A DNA stretch of 63,780 nucleotides, counting the filler, from Phoronis australis (Eukaryota; Animalia; Phoronida): assembly GCA_002633005.1 (NCBI GenBank). It is 5 parts of 5 records of this genome, joined end to end, with 100 filler letters (N's around TTAATTAATTAA, not from the genome) between each part and the next. Parts side by side here need not be neighbours in the genome. Positions count along the whole stretch, not along the records: positions 1 to 19,121 come from NMRA01001451.1; 4 more parts are not named here. One strand, written 5' to 3'. The translations under genes were made by a program, and so were the position numbers. Of the stretch, positions 1 to 13,325 are shown one piece after another. The notes under the pieces are model-generated. The model did not search any database. It was not told where the DNA came from and was given only the letters and a program-made list of their open reading frames with translations. Numbering within the stretch: the stretch's first letter is position 1; each line of letters starts with the position of its first letter.

Positions 1-2
1 GA

Positions 3-89
3 GAGGTTATCACGGGCCGAGTGCATCGACAGCGCGCAGTACGAGAAAAGGAGAATATAAAGGAGGGCGAGGAGACACGGCTGAAGGAG
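3..89 (+). CDS. Partial exon of an unidentified coiled-coil-like protein (runs in from the window edge)
   Basis: Open frame EVITGRVHRQRAVREKENIKEGEETRLKE, purine-rich, ending at GAG|GTAAAC donor in phase 0; compatible with the exon at 480. Confidence 0.5.
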
Positions 90-479
90 GTAAACAGTTA
101 TTTTCATTTTCATTTCGCCATCAAAGCAAGAAACAGTCGCAACTACTCTTATTAGTTTTGTAGTAGATCTTTATGCATTTATCACTCTGATGAGAAAATG
201 ATATGAGCAACTATGGTGTAATATGAATTAAAGAATGCAGTATGTCTTGGTTTCGGTTGAATTGAAGAATACGGTTTCATTTGCGTTGTGACTCGGAAGT
301 TATTGCAGCAGGCGCTTCACAGATAATTTGTAGCTTGGTGAAGTTTTTTTTTAATGCGGTATTTATTTTTGCTTTTGCAAATTGATTGCACTCATCGTCT
401 TAAAAATTGTTTGTAAGATTTTCAATTAGGGTGTGCCAGTATAGTAATGGGCTTCAAAACATTGTCGGCACGGTTTCAG

Positions 480-576
480 GTGAAGCAAGCAGAGTTGAGT
501 AGCTTGGAGACAACCACTAGAGAGGTAGAGGAAAGAGTGTTGCCACGGCTGAATGAAGTTTATGAACAAGTGGGCA
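480..576 (+). CDS. Internal exon of the same unidentified protein
   Basis: TTTCAG acceptor; VKQAELSSLETTTREVEERVLPRLNEVYEQ(VG). Donor is either GTGGGC at 570 (phase 0) or GTGAGT at 577 (phase 1). Confidence 0.55.
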
Positions 577-813
577 GTGAGTGTATTTCTGTTAAACAAC
601 TGTGCTTTTGACCGGACGTTTTGAGATAGGGTGGAGAAACAAGTCAGTTTTCTGTCTCATAAATACAGCAAGTATGCTGGTATTGTTTTAGAAAATGTGG
701 CTGTGTCAGTTGACCCACTGGTTTGTGGGCTAATTTGGAGTGCCTGTGGGCCTGTTGGTATTTTCTATCCTGTGATTCCAATTTGTAGGTGGCACATGTT
801 AATGTGTGTGATT

Positions 814-1811
814 TTGTTTAGTCTGATGTTTAAGTACGCTGCACAGTGATTATTGATGGTAAAACAGCAAACTAAATTTCAATTTTAACTAAACACATAA
901 ATCACCGTTGGGTAGTTGTTTTCGCAGACCCCTTATTGTTAACACTGTGGGTTTTGGTCAATGATGTTAGTTTGATCAGCCGCTCAGGGTTGTCATTTTG
1001 TTAGGATATGATGCAGTGCTTATTATTCATGGCAAAATGAGGCATGGTTGCGACACAACATTTCTGCACCCGTTGACCCTAGNGATGTTGACAACGGACG
1101 ATGACGACTTTAGGATGATTCTGACTACCGGTATGCCTCTAGTGGCAATTTAAGTATTTTTCATTGACCTCTGTATTTTCATAGGTCTTCAGGTGTATAC
1201 TTTGTGTTACTTCGTGACTATGAGGGAAAAGTTCCTAGTAGAAATTTGTTTCTGGCATTCTCATACTGTGCTAATCTTGTATGTTGGTAAATTTGTTTTT
1301 AATTCTATGTTTCTGTGGTGCTTTAAGCAACTGATGTATAGGATGTGCTTGTATTATGAAGATCACTCACATTTTGCCCCTTAGCCTATTGAGGAGACAA
1401 TGACCATGCCTTTCTATTTTGCAAAGTACAACATACTACATATATGCTCTCTACTGGCCACTTTATGGTACCAATAAACAACCCTAAAAGGATACTGTAT
1501 ACGGTGCAATTGTGGGCGCATTTCAACGCTCTGCGTTGCTCTTGTTTAGTCTGATGCTTAAGTATTCTGCACAGTGATTATTGATTGTAAAACAGCAAAC
1601 TACATTTCAATTTAACTAAAAACACATAAATCACTGTTGGGTAGTTGTTTTCGCAGACCCCTTATTGCTAACACTGTGGGTTTTGGTCAATGATGTTAGT
1701 TTGATCAGCTGCTCAGGGTTGTCATTTTGTTAGAATATGATGCAGTGCTTATTATTCATGGCAAAATGAGGCATGGTTGCGACACAACATTTCTGCACCC
1801 GTTGACCCTAG
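814..1811. repeat. Direct duplication of ~270 bp (814-1082 and 1542-1811) around a Helentron-type insert; probable empty/filled haplotype pair
   Basis: Two copies of TTGTTTAGTCTG...GACCCTAG with about 11 differences; a single N at 1083 marks the join. Confidence 0.8.
1084..1545 (+). mobile_element. 3' part of a non-autonomous Helentron-associated element (HINE/DINE-like)
   Basis: Ends GTGGGCGCA-TTT-CAACGC-TCT-GCGTTG-CTCTTGT|TT (subterminal IR, 3' hairpin, TT target). A closely similar copy lies on the minus strand at 57450-57904. Confidence 0.7.
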
Positions 1812-2928
1812 CTAAGAAAACGCAGAGCATCAATGAATATAGTCGTGCGCCAGTAACACAGGGCACACTCCTTGAATTATCTCTTAGTATGGGTCGCATT
1901 AAATTCAGAGGTAGTGTCTGTTCTCTGGCTCCAGTGCTTACTGAGTCCAATCATTCGATATCCTGTCTGTCACATTATACATTCGAGTACAGCAGAAATT
2001 AAGTATGACATAATTATGTCTGGCTGTGCCAACCTTGAACAAACTTCTTGGCCGGACTTATTTGGCAATTTAGTCAAACATTTTTCCCATTAAAATGGAA
2101 TGTTGAACGTCAGTCAGACATCAATGTGACACTATAGCACCTAAACTACTTATTGTTTGCAATTGGACTTGCAATGTAAATTGTCGCAATTTCGCCAAAG
2201 TGCGTGGAGCCTCCCACACATGTGCAGATTTTGTTAAGAGTTTGCGGGCATTGAAAGGTGTTATAGTCGAAAAGAAATCGTCGTCTAATCCTAGTTTTGT
2301 TCGTTGAAATTTTGTCGAGTTTCGACGCGGGCCAGTTTATTTTGAAAATCGCTTTACAGGATCAGATCACTGATCGTAGTGTTTGCAGAATTCATCCTTA
2401 AGAGTTATGTGTCTCGTGTTGCTATCCTGAATCAAACGTTGATGCACTTGAATCCTGGAAAATAAAGCCTTGCATCTTCTGCAGCCTGATGTGTTATTTT
2501 TCAGGAAAACCAATCTGTTATTTTGAGTTCATCACCAACCCAAACTCGTACACACATACAGTTGAAAATATCTTCCATGTTAGTTTTCTTGTTAAGGTAA
2601 GACACTCGTGCGATTTTTAATATAATTGTCTAAACATATATTATGTATTTCATTTCTGTGCTCCCTCTGTTTTTGCGTCATTCAGCTCTTGCTGCCAAAA
2701 ATCTGTCCCTGTTCCACCTCAAACCGAGCACTGACACTTGAGAACAGTTTGCGTCATCACCAGTTTTAATGGTTGATGGTGATTCCATGTTTGCTGCCTG
2801 GATCTAATATTGACGTCAGTTCTAGATAATGCACTGCTCTGTACCGTGTTCTTGAAATACAAGTATAACGCCAGAAAGAGGTTAACCTCTTTCACTGCGT
2901 ATCTTATGGATTGACCTTTGCCCTCCAG

Positions 2929-3063
2929 TCAGGTCATGCGGAGCTGTTTCTGGACGAGGATAGACTTCCAGTCATCCGACCCAACCTAGACATGGAGGCA
3001 GGAGACGAGACAAGCGGAGCCATGACTCAAATGATTCAGAGCCTGTCTTACCAGCAGTGGAAG
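2929..3063 (+). CDS. Internal exon of the same unidentified protein
   Basis: Pyrimidine tract plus CTCCAG acceptor (second AG 4 nt downstream); SGHAELFLDEDRLPVIRPNLDMEAGDETSGAMTQMIQSLSYQQWK; strong AAG|GTGAGT donor; 135 nt. Confidence 0.65.
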
Positions 3064-3294
3064 GTGAGTGTTGAGTGGGTCCTCTACACGTAGTGATTGG
3101 GCTGTGGTTTAATTTAAGTACAGAACAGGTCATAAGTTTTTTTTCCTACTGGTCGTTGAAAGGTTTTAAAAAATTGCTGACTTCTGCTAATTTTTATCAG
3201 TTTGGTAGTGGACCACCCAGTTGACTACATTGCTGACTTCAATACAGGAATATTCCCTTTAAAAATACAGTGCACTGGTGTAGTTCCGCGTCCA

Positions 3295-5738
3295 TTTTAT
3301 TGCGCCCACGTAATATATAGTGGTTGCATAATTATTGTTGTCACTTAGTTCGGGTGCCCGCTTGATATCTCAAACCCCTGGTCGAATTTTGATGAACTTT
3401 GCCGCAAGGATTTAGGGCATCATTAGAACGGTTTTCTTTGGGGTTTGGGGCACATGGCTTTTTCAGCATTTTAGGGAGAGAACATGTCCTGATAATATCT
3501 AGAGAATGGGTTTGACAGATTTCTAGAAAACTTGACAAAAAGTATTTGATATCATTGCGCCACCAGCATTAAATTTTTGAGCAGATTCGAACATTGTAAC
3601 ATCTCCTAGTGGCCATTTTGAAGTAAGGGGCTTTTCAAGTGTTGTTTCTGGGGGAAGAGCATTTCTGAATGATAAGATAACGGATTGACGGATTTCAATG
3701 AAAATTGACGCAGAGGTATATTTACTGTATGAGATTGGCCAGCACCACATGATATTTGGGCTGATTCAACTATTGCAACATCTCCCGGGGGTTATTTTGT
3801 GTTTCCTGGTAATATGTAGAGAACTAACTGAAGAATTTCCTTGAAGTTCTCACAGAGGTATGTGATGGTAGTGTGGTGACAACATTAGATTTTCGGACGG
3901 ATTCGACCACTGTAGCACCTCCTAGTGGCTATTTTGGGGTAGAGCATTCTGGATGATATCTGGAGATACGATCGTAGTTTTTTAATGAAACTTGACACAG
4001 AGGTATGTGGTATCAATGTGCTGGCACCATTAAATTTCCGGGTGGATTCGACAGCTGCAGAACCTCGTAGTGGCCATTTTGTTCTCATCAAGGAGCTTTG
4101 CTAGTGTTATTTGTGTGAAGAGAGTGATATTTAGGAAACTGAGAGTGGATGTAACAGAAGTGTGCGATGACAAAAGTACCTGCACTATTTGATTTCCGGT
4201 CGAATTCGACCACCGGAGCCCCTCATAGTGGCGACTTTGGGGCAGAGGGTTTCCAGGTGAGATACAGATTTCAATAAATCTTAGAGTTTTGTGATGTCAC
4301 TGCTCCAGCGCCATTAACTTTTTGGGCAGATTTGATCATTACCCGATGGCAGCGGCACCTGGTGGCCATGTCATTCTTGGCAAGGGAGTTTTCAAGTAGC
4401 GTTTGGAGGAAGAGCGTTTCCGGGTATCAAGAGAACTGACTGACGGACTTAGAGAAACTTGACACATAGGTATCCGATGTCAGTGCACCAGCACTATTTG
4501 ATTTTGGATTGATTCCACTACTGCAGCACCTAATGGTTATTTTGGTGGGGAGCATTTCCAGATTATATCTTTTGAACCGATTGACTACTTTTAATGAAAC
4601 TTGACACAGAGGTAAATGATGTTAATGCACCTTCAATTTGCTGGGAAATCTGAGTACTGTAACACTCCCTAGTGGCCGTTTTGTTCTCCAGTGGTTTTTA
4701 AGTATTGTTTTGGAGGAAGAACAATTCTGGGTGATATCTAAAAAATGTTTGGCAGATGTCACTGGAACTTGACGCAGACATACGTGATTTCAGTACACCA
4801 GACTCTTCGTTTTTGGGTGGATTTGTCCTCTGCAACATCGTGATAAAGGGCTTTGCAGGTGTTGTTTGGGGGAGGATGGTATCAAGAGAACCGATTGACG
4901 GATTTCAATGAAACTTTGCATTGTGATATAACATGACCATGTGTCTGCTCCATTTTGTTCTTGACAAGGGGCTTTTCAAGTGTTGTTTAGGGGAAGAGCG
5001 TTTCTGGATTATATCTAGAGAACTGATTGACAGATTTCAATGAAACGCGAATCAGAGGTTTATGATGACAAAATAGGAGGCAGTGTGGCCTTGTGAGAAA
5101 AGTGTCTGTTTCCTCAAGGTCGTGGGTTCAACTCTCAGGTTTCTAGCTTCTCACCTCGGTTTTAACTTTTTGTTAATAAAGCATAAAAAGGGCTCCAGGT
5201 GATCAGTGTAATGGGCACCTGAGTGGCCTGGGCACATCTTGTACAATGTGTACCACACAGCCTGCAATTATTTAAATATATATGCGATGACTATGTGCTG
5301 GCACCATTTGATTTTCAGACTGGGTGGACTACTGGAGCACTTCCAGTGTTCTTTCATAATTTTGGTTACTTTCGCATCCCCTAGTGGCAATTCTGCTTTT
5401 TTCAGTCATCCAACAATATTTCTCCTAAACCCCTGCAGGATCTTTTTGAAATTTGGCAAGTGTATTTGTTTTAACGTGACACCTGATGACAATTACATTT
5501 AGACATATCTGACTACTGCTGTGCCCCCTAGTGCCAGTTTAATTTTCAACGATCTCGGCAGGTGTGTTTCTATTGAGGAGAGCATTGCTGACTTGCTATA
5601 CACTCCCTAGAAGCTATTTTAAGTTTACTACCATTGGTCCATTCAGTGGGAATGTTTGATAAAGTATTTGTTTCTTGTATCTGCGATAAATGCAATGCAC
5701 ATGGTGTGCGCATATCAACACCCTGCATTGCTCCTGTT
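3295..5738 (+). mobile_element. Full-length HINE-like element with an internal degenerate tandem array
   Basis: 5' TTTTATTGCGCCCAC..GTGGTTGCA hairpin; 3' GTGTGCGCA..CAACACCCTGCATTGCTCCTGTT matches the 1084-1545 terminus. Internal repeats share the CCTAGTGGCCATTTTG and GATTTCAATGAAACTTGACACAGAGGT motifs. Confidence 0.7.
5071..5280 (+). mobile_element. tRNA-derived SINE nested in the HINE
   Basis: A-box-like GTGGCCTTGTGAG, B-box GGTTCAACTC, AT-rich tail; flanked by a TATG(CG)ATGAC near-duplication that interrupts a HINE repeat unit. Confidence 0.5.
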
Positions 5739-5849
5739 ATTATTGTCATTATTATGATTTATTCATTTAAGTATAATCAATCATAGTTCTTGTTATCCTT
5801 CCATTAGAAATGAGGCAAGGTTACTTCGGATTATTTCAATGTCCTGTGG

Positions 5850-6110
5850 ATGACATCATTCTCAGTGATGTTGATTTTTCTGCCAGTGGCATGGAAACCA
5901 GAAGGTTGTATACTGGACGGAGACGACTCCCACCTCTTCATAGCATTAAGCATCAGCTAGGTCCAGAAAGACTCCTCAATTTTACCCTTGTAATCCATTG
6001 CTTCCCTGTTTAACAGCCCTACGTTTGACCCATCAATCACATGGCAATTCTAGATCAGCATATTGAATGCACATCCGTCAACAGTGGATATCTTGGTTGG
6101 GCTTCCATGA
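5850..6110 (-). mobile_element. Decayed Penelope-like GIY-YIG C-terminal remnant
   Basis: Minus-strand translation HVIDGSNVGLLNREAMDYKGKIEESFW resembles the PLE H.IDW.N..IL.RE....R.IKE..W motif. Confidence 0.4.
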
Positions 6111-9102
6111 AATTATGCTGACAAAATTTTATCCTGGAGAGAACAGACCTGTAAATGTTTGGACATTTCCATTGGGCAATTCTCCCTAGTAATTATTTTA
6201 TTTTAGTATTCACTTTCGGTGTCCCCCTTACAATCTGCCTAAACCCTTTATGATTCAGTGTGTCAAATGAGTTTCTGTTAAGGTGGCCATGATTAGAGTC
6301 AGTTACTGAAAGGATCGGGCTGCTACAAGGGATATTTTCTTTGTGGCAATCTCAACATCCACTGTAGCGTGATTGCATTCGTTGATTTGTCTGTGACTAA
6401 TACTGCTCCCCACATATTCAGTATTGTCCTCATTAACAGTTTCTCACTCTAGAAGTGTCTACAAAACCAGCACATCTTACATCTTTTCCAGTTGCGATTC
6501 ACATGTTGGTTTCTTATCAGTGCTGTGCAATGCTCTCGTAACTCGGTTTATTCTAGCAGTATTATCACATGCCCGCGCTTGTTTGCAGGATATCGTCGAG
6601 ACATTTCAAATCTCGGAACCACTCTTAGAGCCCAAAGTGGACAGTTAATGAATTTGCTTTCAACGGCCCTACATTGTGCAGTTCGTCCAGAACATCCACA
6701 GAGACTCGCCATGGGTATTGCTGGAGAACTATTTCTACGGAGATGCTGAAAGAAGATGGATTTGTTTTGTGCAGCTTGTGATGGAGTACTATTGCAGTGG
6801 AGATATGGCTTTTGTGACAGGAACTGTTTGTGCAATACCGGAGTTAATGGATGCAGTAGTATTCAAATCAACAACTTAAGTTACAACTGGCAGAAACAGG
6901 TCTGGACTAAACATCCATTTCATTACTGGTCGATTCCTGCTTTTAGGTTATGTAGGAACCTCAGAAATAAATCTAAATTTGGCTAATTTTGGAATACCGC
7001 ATCTCAGAAATAGCTGACTGGATTCTTGTGAAACTTTCACTTTCTATGCTTTATGCACAATTCTCCAAAACATTAAGAATTGGTTTAAAATGTTCCATTT
7101 TTGTGTGGGGCTATCAAAATTGGACTTCCAAGAAAAACTTAAAGTTCGTCAAAACAAACTATTTTATAAAATTTTAGGCATGATTGAGATCTCAAACAAA
7201 GTGATCAGGAATTCCCCCAACATAACCAATGGTTGGGAGCTGAATTCCTCGTCAGAGTAATATTCCCTCCTGATGGGGGATGAAGGGAAACAGACAGTAA
7301 AGTTATTGTGTGGCTAAGCCATTTTGTGATCACCTTCATAATTACTACCAGTAACTTTTGCTGTTAACAGAATTATGCGTCGTGAAGGTAGATCGGTACT
7401 TTGGTTGATTATTTTTGTCTTGTACTTTACCGTAACTTTTCGTTTCAAGTCCTTTGTGGGGAGGCAAAGTTGAAAAAGTTTGTTCGCAACTTAAAATTTA
7501 AATTACAGCCATACTCCAATAGAAAGCTCCCTGCTTTTGAGGATGTGTGGCTTATGGTTTATCTCGCAGCACATACCAAAAACAATTTCACAAAAGGCCC
7601 GTAATTTGCCGTAATGGCGAATGAATACAGGCGGATTTGCCTGTCATGATAGGCTTGGTGCAAGTTGAAATTCACCAGCACAGCACCATGAATAACGGAG
7701 TTATCTCTGATTACTCTTTACTGTAACTAGCGTCTCAGTGTTTCTATCCATTGAACCGGTACAATAGTGTAGGCCTTAGTGCTGTTTTTAAGTCATGGGT
7801 TTTGATTATTACTCAGTAGTTCACAGACCAGAGGCAGAAATCTTTTCAGACTTAGGTTCATTAGGTCACCTGATGTGGCCAATAGGTGACGTGCAGACAA
7901 GACTCAAATGTTTGTGATAAATATTTAAACTTGGGTTTAAGATTTAGGTATATATAATTACTCAGTAGTGTATTTTTGTTGAAGAATTCAGTGTTCATTT
8001 AGTAGCAATCGTATGTTTGTTACCTTATCCATGGAGAATTTGCGCTTGTGTTTTTGTATTGACTACCTATGAGTCAACTTGTACTTGTATGTTTTCTAAG
8101 CTTATTACTAAAGAGACATTATCTGTTTTAAGTAGGGAAGTGCAATGTCGAGATTATTGTTAGATGGGGTAAACTCAGCGAAGTTATTAGCTTTGACGGG
8201 CGCTTTAGAACTAATGTAAGGTGTGTTTTTATTGCCAATTCTCCTGTAGTCTGCTAGTAAATTGGCTAAAATCAAGGCCTGTGTCTTTACCATTTAAAGG
8301 TTCTCGCTATTTACAGTGACATTTTCATCGGCAAAGCATTCTGTTGCTTCTGCAGGACTACAGAGCCACAAAGTTATTATTTTCTCTCCAGAATGCCCTT
8401 CAACCCATTAGGCTTGCTTTTGTGAAACGGCTGCAGGTAGTAATCGGATGTGTTACACCAAGGATTCATTTGGTTGGAATCTTTGCCATTAACTGGAACC
8501 TGACAGGAAAATGAGACTTTCAGTTTGCTAATGTTACGGAGGCTTCAGAGGCAAGATTGTTTGTGGCATTTATTGACACCTGGACCACAGACGCAATGGT
8601 TGATATTGCCTCTAACCAATAGTGAGGGGGGTTGTGGCATCCTTGTTTATTTCCCTCTAAAGTTGTGCCAGGAACACATTACGATGTATTGTGCATGCCT
8701 GGTGAAGTCTCAAGAACAAACTCGAAAACTGTTGTCAGCATGATTTAGACATTACCCTAGAAACCGTCCACACACCTCCAATTTTATGTTGGATTGAGTA
8801 TACGGTAAAATATTGACCCTTGATTTATATTTGTTTGGTATTGTGAAACTGGTGATATAACCTTCAGAAGAAAGCACTATTACCAACGAAACTTGATGTT
8901 GTCGTCTGGTTTTATTTGGTTCAAGGAAAGCGCCTCGGAAATCGGTGTTCACGAACTCGATGTCGTTTGGCTATGACTACTTACTTATGGACATTGGGTA
9001 GTTACCTGAAATTTAAATGGACACTACGACCGTGGACAGCAACGGATGGGAACTGTGGACTTACAGAGATGGAGACTGTTGGAATCTGGGCATTGCCCAT
9101 AG

Positions 9103-10575
9103 AAAGAACGGTAATGGTCGGACACAAGGTGTCCGTATTTTGTGAACCAGTTATCAATTGGAATCGCTGCATTGCTCACTGAATAAGTGGTTTTCACAAT
9201 AGGGCATCTTATATGCTGTAAGAACTTTACGAAAGTGGGGCATTTGTTTGATTCATTGGCAAGTGATACACGCTTGCAAGAAACATAAACTTGTCTTCTG
9301 ATTAGAAGTGTTGTCTTCGCCGGTGCAGCACCTACTGTATGTCGACTGCTGATTTTACTCCATGAATGAAATTGGGTGTTCATTTGTTCACGACAGTAGC
9401 GTGCAGAGGTTTGGTGAGGCCCGGGGGAGGTTTCTTTATGGGATTCCCTCTCTCCACTCAAATGCATGGACCCTAGCACTACGAAAAGTAAAAAAGATGA
9501 AACTAAAATAGAAAGTTTATTCATTTTAAATTCAAATCAGTCACAATTTCAAAAGAATACTTATATTGATCATGTGGAAGTCCATTGCCGTCGTACCGTC
9601 GGCCCCCACAAATGCACGCTATACGTTCACGAGCACCTGTGCTAGCAAAATGTGCAATTTCTGGCGTTTGAGACGTGACATTATACCACAAAGCACTACT
9701 CGGCAGAACGGAGACGGATGTTTGGCTTAGAAGCTTAACGCGATCGTTCGGGCGGGCAGGCATTGTTATCAGACACATATTTTGCTTATGTAATTGATAA
9801 ACATGTATATTGTGCTGTGTAACTTGGTAGATTTGTTCATAGATTGACACGTTGATTTTTATTTAATCTTGTAAATAAAGTTTTCTACAATCGTCAAACT
9901 GTGTGCCTCTTGGCAGATGTGGTTCTTATGTAATTTTGAGAAGTGGTAAATCTTTTGTCTCCTTTGTCGGAGACTGTAATATGTCTCTTTCAACGCCGCA
10001 AGCAGAAATATTTTGGATTTTTACGACTCTGCCATGTCAAATATTTGAATGATTTCTGAAATCCATGCAAGTTTTGCGGTGTCATTCATTTTATTTTGTT
10101 CATTAGTCAGGCCAAAACACCATTTCAGACAGTTGCCTAAAGTCTTTCATTGTAGTTTCCCTGTTTCCGAAGTTGAAAAAGCGCACAATGTGAATTTTGG
10201 ATTAGCACCATTTTTGGAACGGGGAGTTTGGTGGGAAAACAAAAATTGATAAACTGAAAAAATTGTCCCACGTATGTTTTTATGCCAATTAGTCCCGACA
10301 TTACCGAATTTTCGTTATTTCGCAATATGTTACTATTTTACCTACTTGAATACCTAAGATCTCTATACTTAAATTTTGAGGGCCAGGCATTTCGATAAAA
10401 CTACTTTGTAAGTAATTAATGTACGTTGTCTACCAGACTACAAAATTAGCATTGATTTTCGGCACTAGTCTGATATAACGTGCCCGCATTTTGAGAACCA
10501 GTTTCATGCCCGTTAGTGGGGAAAACTGGTTCTCAGAATTTGGGCACGTATTATCAGACCATTACCGATTTTTCT
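9103..10575. mobile_element. Inverted-repeat-bounded element (putative non-autonomous DNA transposon)
   Basis: CGGTAATGGTCGGACACAAGGTGTCCGTATTTTGTGAACCAG (9109-9150) is an imperfect inverted repeat of 10525-10567; a further copy sits at ~10468-10502. No TSD identified. Confidence 0.4.
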
Positions 10576-13325
10576 TTGACAGACCTCTAAAAACACTTGT
10601 ACATGCAGGTTTTCCGAACTTTATTTATTTTTGGTACTTGGGTAAGACAAACATCTTGCGTCGAAAGCGCGTTTACAGAAATGCCTTGCGAGCAACCATT
10701 GGTAAAGATAGGTACTTAAGCAATTAGGGTGGTAGAGGCATGGGACGCGGAAGTTCGTCAAAATTTATTTTAAACAATTTCTGATGTCTAATAGGCCTAC
10801 AGAGTAATTCACTTATCAATCGCAAAATTCGCAATTTTTTGAAATACGCCCGAAGGAATAAATGTGGTTACAACAGAGTTTTTAATCTCCCTCACACTAG
10901 GATAAATGCTCATTCAGTTGCTTGAGGTCAAAAGTCACAGGAGACGCGCTTTGCCTTGTAGGGGAAAATTCGACGACGTGGCGAGCAGTTGACAGATCGT
11001 TTTTTATTGAAATTTGACGCGAAAGGAAAATGGTTTGATATTAACAGAAATTAATAATCTTTAAGACTGAACAAACCCTAAAAATAGCTGGTAAGGAGGT
11101 TGAATTCTATTTCAGTGGCAGACAACCAAGTTCAATATTGCAACTTTAGTCTGTTTATCGCGTTCCAGGCCTCTTTAAGCTCTTTTTGTGACTCCATGTA
11201 ACTTTCATCAGAAAACTGGTTGGTTTTCTTCTCAGTATATCTCCACTCACATAGTGGTCAGCAAAAGACTAATCAGTGAGTTGGTTAACTTAGATAGGAC
11301 CTCGCAACCACACCACTTCTAGCACCGCCTCAGCATTCCCATCATCCCTAGTTTTTCGCCGCATTTTTGCTGTTCAGCAGCAGCTCGTTCTGTACAGGGC
11401 AACAGTGTTACTTACCTTAGTACTCGTTTTTTAATTTTTGACTTTTTTAAAATGTTATTTTAATCCTTAATTCTGGATGTACATTACAGTGGAAAATCAT
11501 TTTTGTTGGAAAGATTCTCTCTTCTCAAGGGCGGATCTAGGATACCATAAGGGGAGAGCCCAATATGTTGTCTCGGGGTATTGGGCAAAGCGCGAATGCA
11601 TGCGCACAGGCGGCCTGGAAGTTGCGGGGGCCAGGGATGTGGACTGTGGACCTTCTGTTCGGAAAATCTATCGGTGGACTAAAAAAAAACTGGACACGAT
11701 TTTGCTGCGGTATTGGGGTCTGAGCCATCCCCCCCGCTCATCCGCTACCGGTTCTAGTTGCTGAACTAGAACCGCGTGTGCTTCCCTTTCCATCCTATGC
11801 AGCATCTTTGTACATGCAGCATTTTCTGAGACTCACGACCCTGACCGCTTTCAAATGCGTTATGGAACTTCAGCTCCGTTTCCAATTTTGAATGAGTGGT
11901 CCTTCTTTTATCCGCTACATGTAAATTCATTGATGCAATGCAGTATCAGGCGAAAGCTCACTGAATGTCTTGTTTCTTGTGAAATGCCTCACATAGAGCA
12001 TGAACCATAGATCTTCAAGGACACGCAAAGCACTGCCTGAAGCCCGTGTGTCCGTTTTGCTATGACACCAGATGGCTCTGTCACCACCACCGAAACTGTC
12101 AGTCTGGAACAACTATGGTTGTAGAAGATGTAATGCAAACAAGTTTCAATATTCTGAGGATGCTTTATATATCAACCCCCCCNNNNNNNNNNNNNNNNNN
12201 NNNNNNNNNNNNNNNNNNNNNNNNNNNNNNNNNNNNNNNNNNNNNNNNNNNNNNNNNNNNNNNNNNNNNNNNNNNNNNNNNNNNNNNNNNNNNNNNNNNN
12301 NNNNNNNNNNNNNNNNNNNNNNNNNNNNNNNNNNNNNNNNNNNNNNNNNNNNNNNNNNNNNNNNNNNNNNNNNNNNNNNNNNNNNNNNNNNNNNNNNNNN
12401 NNNNNNNNNNNNNNNNNNNNNNNNNNNNNNNNNNNNNNNNNNNNNNNNNNNNNNNNNNNNNNNNNNNNNNNNNNNNNNNNNNNNNNNNNNNNNNNNNNNN
12501 NNNNNNNNNNNNNNNNNNNNNNNNNNNNNNNNNNNNNNNNNNNNNNNNNNNNNNNNNNNNNNNNNNNNNNNNNNNNNNNNNNNNNNNNNNNNNNNNNNNN
12601 NNNNNNNNNNNNNNNNNNNNNNNNNNNNNNNNNNNNNNNNNNNNNNNNNNNNNNNNNNNNNNNNNNNNNNNNNNNNNNNNNNNNNNNNNNNNNNNNNNNN
12701 NNNNNNNNNNNNNNNGGCTCGGAGCCCGATCAGGCCCGTCGCGGCCGGCCGGATTGACTCGTTATCCCCCCCAGTGGCTCGGAAACTGATCAGACATCAC
12801 GAACATAAACCAGCCAAAGTTTAGTGGAAACTAAACTTCCAGTCAAGAAAATACCGACTATACTAGTGAGCCAAAGTAATGTGCACCTGATTATGTTGAT
12901 GAATTAGCCACGAAACTGCAAATCTACTTACTCGTCGGGGGCCGCGAATTCAGGTTTCGCTTTGGCCACAGCACCGTCAGGGCAGAAGTTGTACATTGAC
13001 AATCATTATTTGAGTAATGTAAATGTAAATTAAGATTCCCCTAACACCTGGCCGTGGGATGGAAATCGAGTTGTTTCACAACAGTTTCTGCCAGCAAACA
13101 CTAAATTAGCATGAGGTAACTCGGTGTCCAGTCAATTAGTTTTATTGCACCTAAAGCCGGTAACGCAGTGATATATTCATTGCTGGCTTCTCAAATCATT
13201 TGCACTCACGAACACTACAAAGGCATTACAAATTGCATCTAATGAGACAGACTTTCAGTTTTATGTAAGTATTGGTTAGGTGAGAACAATTCATTTTGAA
13301 ACAGAAAGCTCAGTAAAACGGCAAC

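Noticed and set aside
11749-11774. Perfect 11-bp hairpin (also an 18-bp palindrome at 19250-19267) as terminator or RNA element
   Set aside because: Eukaryotic context, next to repeat ends, no supporting motif.
12046-12824. Long ORFs of 140-330 aa here and at 33190-34221 and 51427-51966
   Set aside because: They consist mostly of N-gap X residues.
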